From: Coleofasciculus chthonoplastes F2-STO-03
Lineage (GTDB): Bacteria > Cyanobacteriota > Cyanobacteriia > Cyanobacteriales > Coleofasciculaceae
DNA: 59,884 bases
Direction: 5' to 3'
Assembly: GCA_040222015.1 (NCBI GenBank)
Contig: JAVJWO010000045.1
Coordinates: 1-59,884, forward strand
In this document: one piece after another, positions 58,094 through 59,884 of the stretch
Position numbering within the stretch: the first letter of the stretch is position 1
Layout of the letters: each line of letters begins with the position of its first letter
The notes under the pieces: model-generated
What the model saw: only the letters and a program-made list of their open reading frames with translations
Told to the model about the DNA's origin: nothing
The model's database searches: none
Made by a program: the position numbers and the translations under genes

Positions 58094-59569
58094 ATGACAA
58101 CGACAACAACAGAACGGTTGAAAAAGTTTACGATTTTACATTCCAACGATATGCACGGAGACTTTCTCGCCGAAGCTAATGCGGGAGAAGGCAATTTGAT
58201 TGGTGGACTAGCACTACTTTCCGGCTATATCAATAAAGTGCGCCAAGAAGAGAAAAACACGCTTTATGTGATTTCTGGCGATATGCTGCAAGGGTCTATG
58301 ATTGATACCGAATTTAAGGGTCTGTCAACCATAGAAATTATGAATTACCTGGCGCCAGACGTAGTAACCTTAGGAAACCACGAACTAGACTATGGATTTC
58401 CTCATTTGCTATTTCTGGAAAAGATGGCAAACTTTCCCATCGTCAATGCCAACTTGTATATCAAGAAGTACAGTAAACGATTGATGAATCCCTATCTAAT
58501 CCTCAATGTTGATGGATTTGATATCATGTTCATCGGTATTGTGACTGAAGAAGTGCTTAAAGCCTTAAAACTCGACACAAGTATTAGCACTTTTGTTGGT
58601 TTAGAAGATGCCGCTGCAGAAGTCGGAAAGATTTGCAACGCCTACAAAAATGAGGATATTGACCTGACGGTTCTGCTCACCCATATTGGTTTTGAAGAAG
58701 ATAAAAAACTAGCAGAGATGCTAGATCCTGCGTGGGGAGTAGATATGATCATTGGCGGACACTCCCATACACTGCTCGAACAGCCAGCACAAGTGAATAA
58801 CATTCTGATTTCACAAGCCGCCGTTGGTACCGATCAGATTGGACGTTTTGACATAACCGTAGATGACGATACTAACAGTATCGTGGAATGGAAGTGGCAA
58901 CTCGTTCCGATTGATAATACGGTGGCGGAGCCAGATGTTGATCTGCAAAACTTTATTGCCACTTATAAAGAAGCGGTAGATCGCAAATATAACCGAATTA
59001 TTGGTCGCCTAGCTCGTAAACTGACCCATCCGAAGCGTGAAGAAGAAACTGAATTAGGTAACTTAATCACAGATTGTTTTGCCCAAATGGATCTGTTGGA
59101 TGTCGTTTTAATCGGAAGTGGTTCAATCCGAGGAACAGAATTAGGTCCTGTGGTTACACTGGGCGATATGAAAAAGGTTTATCCTTATGATGGACCACTC
59201 TATAAAGTACGATTGACGGGGACACAGTTGCTCAAGTTATTTAACCATGTGATGAGGGCAGAAAACCGCATTCCTGGTGAAAGTAATTGTTTTCAAGTTA
59301 ACCAAGGAGTTCAAGCAGTTTACAGTGATGCTGAACAGAAGGTTGAAACTTTGGTAGTTAATGGTAAACCCGTAGAAGAAGATACACAGTACAGTGTTTG
59401 TCTCCAAGAATACCATTACAAAAATTCAGTGCAAAGTCTCAACATGACAAGTGAAGAATTAGGTAGTCCGAAGGTGGTTACAACATCTGCCCAAAATGTT
59501 CTGGAAGAATATCTGGGTTCTCATCAACTTCTTGACGCTAAAGTCGAAGGACGCTTGATTTTTAAATAA
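58094..59569 (+). CDS. 5'-nucleotidase / bifunctional metallophosphoesterase
   Basis: HSNDMHG, GD, GNHELDYG, THIG, GGHSH motifs plus a 5'-nucleotidase C-terminal domain; no signal peptide. Confidence 0.92.
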   Translation: MTTTTTERLKKFTILHSNDMHGDFLAEANAGEGNLIGGLALLSGYINKVRQEEKNTLYVISGDMLQGSMIDTEFKGLSTIEIMNYLAPDVVTLGNHELDYGFPHLLFLEKMANFPIVNANLYIKKYSKRLMNPYLILNVDGFDIMFIGIVTEEVLKALKLDTSISTFVGLEDAAAEVGKICNAYKNEDIDLTVLLTHIGFEEDKKLAEMLDPAWGVDMIIGGHSHTLLEQPAQVNNILISQAAVGTDQIGRFDITVDDDTNSIVEWKWQLVPIDNTVAEPDVDLQNFIATYKEAVDRKYNRIIGRLARKLTHPKREEETELGNLITDCFAQMDLLDVVLIGSGSIRGTELGPVVTLGDMKKVYPYDGPLYKVRLTGTQLLKLFNHVMRAENRIPGESNCFQVNQGVQAVYSDAEQKVETLVVNGKPVEEDTQYSVCLQEYHYKNSVQSLNMTSEELGSPKVVTTSAQNVLEEYLGSHQLLDAKVEGRLIFK

Positions 59570-59666
59570 GAATGCCGAAAGTTTGGTGGATGAAATACTA
59601 CCTGTTGAATCGATAACAGAAAAGAAGTAACCTAGAGAACTGCACATTTTATGTGTCAATTCTGAT

Positions 59667-59731
59667 GTAGGGGCGACCCGCTTGCACCAATTAACAACTC
59701 TCGTCCACTCAGTTGGGTCGGGTCGCCCTCT
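59667..59731. repeat. REPIN-like palindrome, GTAGGGGCGACCC family
   Basis: GTAGGGGCGACCCG...CGGGTCGCCCT. Confidence 0.7.
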
Positions 59732-59884
59732 CCTCAAATTTAACGGTTCTTCCGGAGTTACTATGCTAAACTATCAGTTTAAACAATCAAAAACCAAGCC
59801 CCATAATAATTGTAGCGCCTCAGCTATTCAAAATTGAGAAAAACATCCAGATAACGCCCAAACCTTTTGTTATATAAAGGCTTT

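Noticed and set aside
1..59884. Overall HIP1 abundance as a novelty; also tRNA, rRNA and prophage
   Set aside because: HIP1 over-representation is normal for cyanobacteria, so only its clustered, polar use is reported. No tRNA, rRNA or phage structural genes were recognised.

Overview
Chromosomal window from a HIP1 (GCGATCGC)-rich filamentous cyanobacterium; the repeat content is Coleofasciculus-like, which is an inference. Core genes are uvrA, clpP, a zam/RNB-family gene, a P-type ATPase, proS, an hpsL-like gene and the high-affinity CO2-uptake operon ndhF3-ndhD3-cupA. They are interleaved with toxin-antitoxin/defence islets (1-3.9 kb and 26.9-31.7 kb), a RAYT (REP-associated Y1 transposase) locus with many GTAG-type REP/REPIN families, MITEs, a TnpB-only IS200/IS605 element, an FHA/CHAT/DUF928 cluster and a nucleoside hydrolase plus 5'-nucleotidase pair. 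Four signals stand out. (i) A cassette-like array in which a conserved, polar, HIP1-anchored ~70-bp repeat precedes each TA/Fic cargo or gene fragment (26.9-31.7 kb); HIP1-bounded duplicated modules around the RAYT gene echo this. (ii) An intact orphan HEARO/IscB omega-RNA with no iscB, lying between the TnpB element and the zam 5' end. (iii) A predicted TnpB guide that matches the element's own left end at 11/12 nt. (iv) A TPR gene bracketed by inverted REP-containing repeats. No CRISPR array, tRNA or rRNA was recognised. All calls are from sequence reading only; no searches were run.
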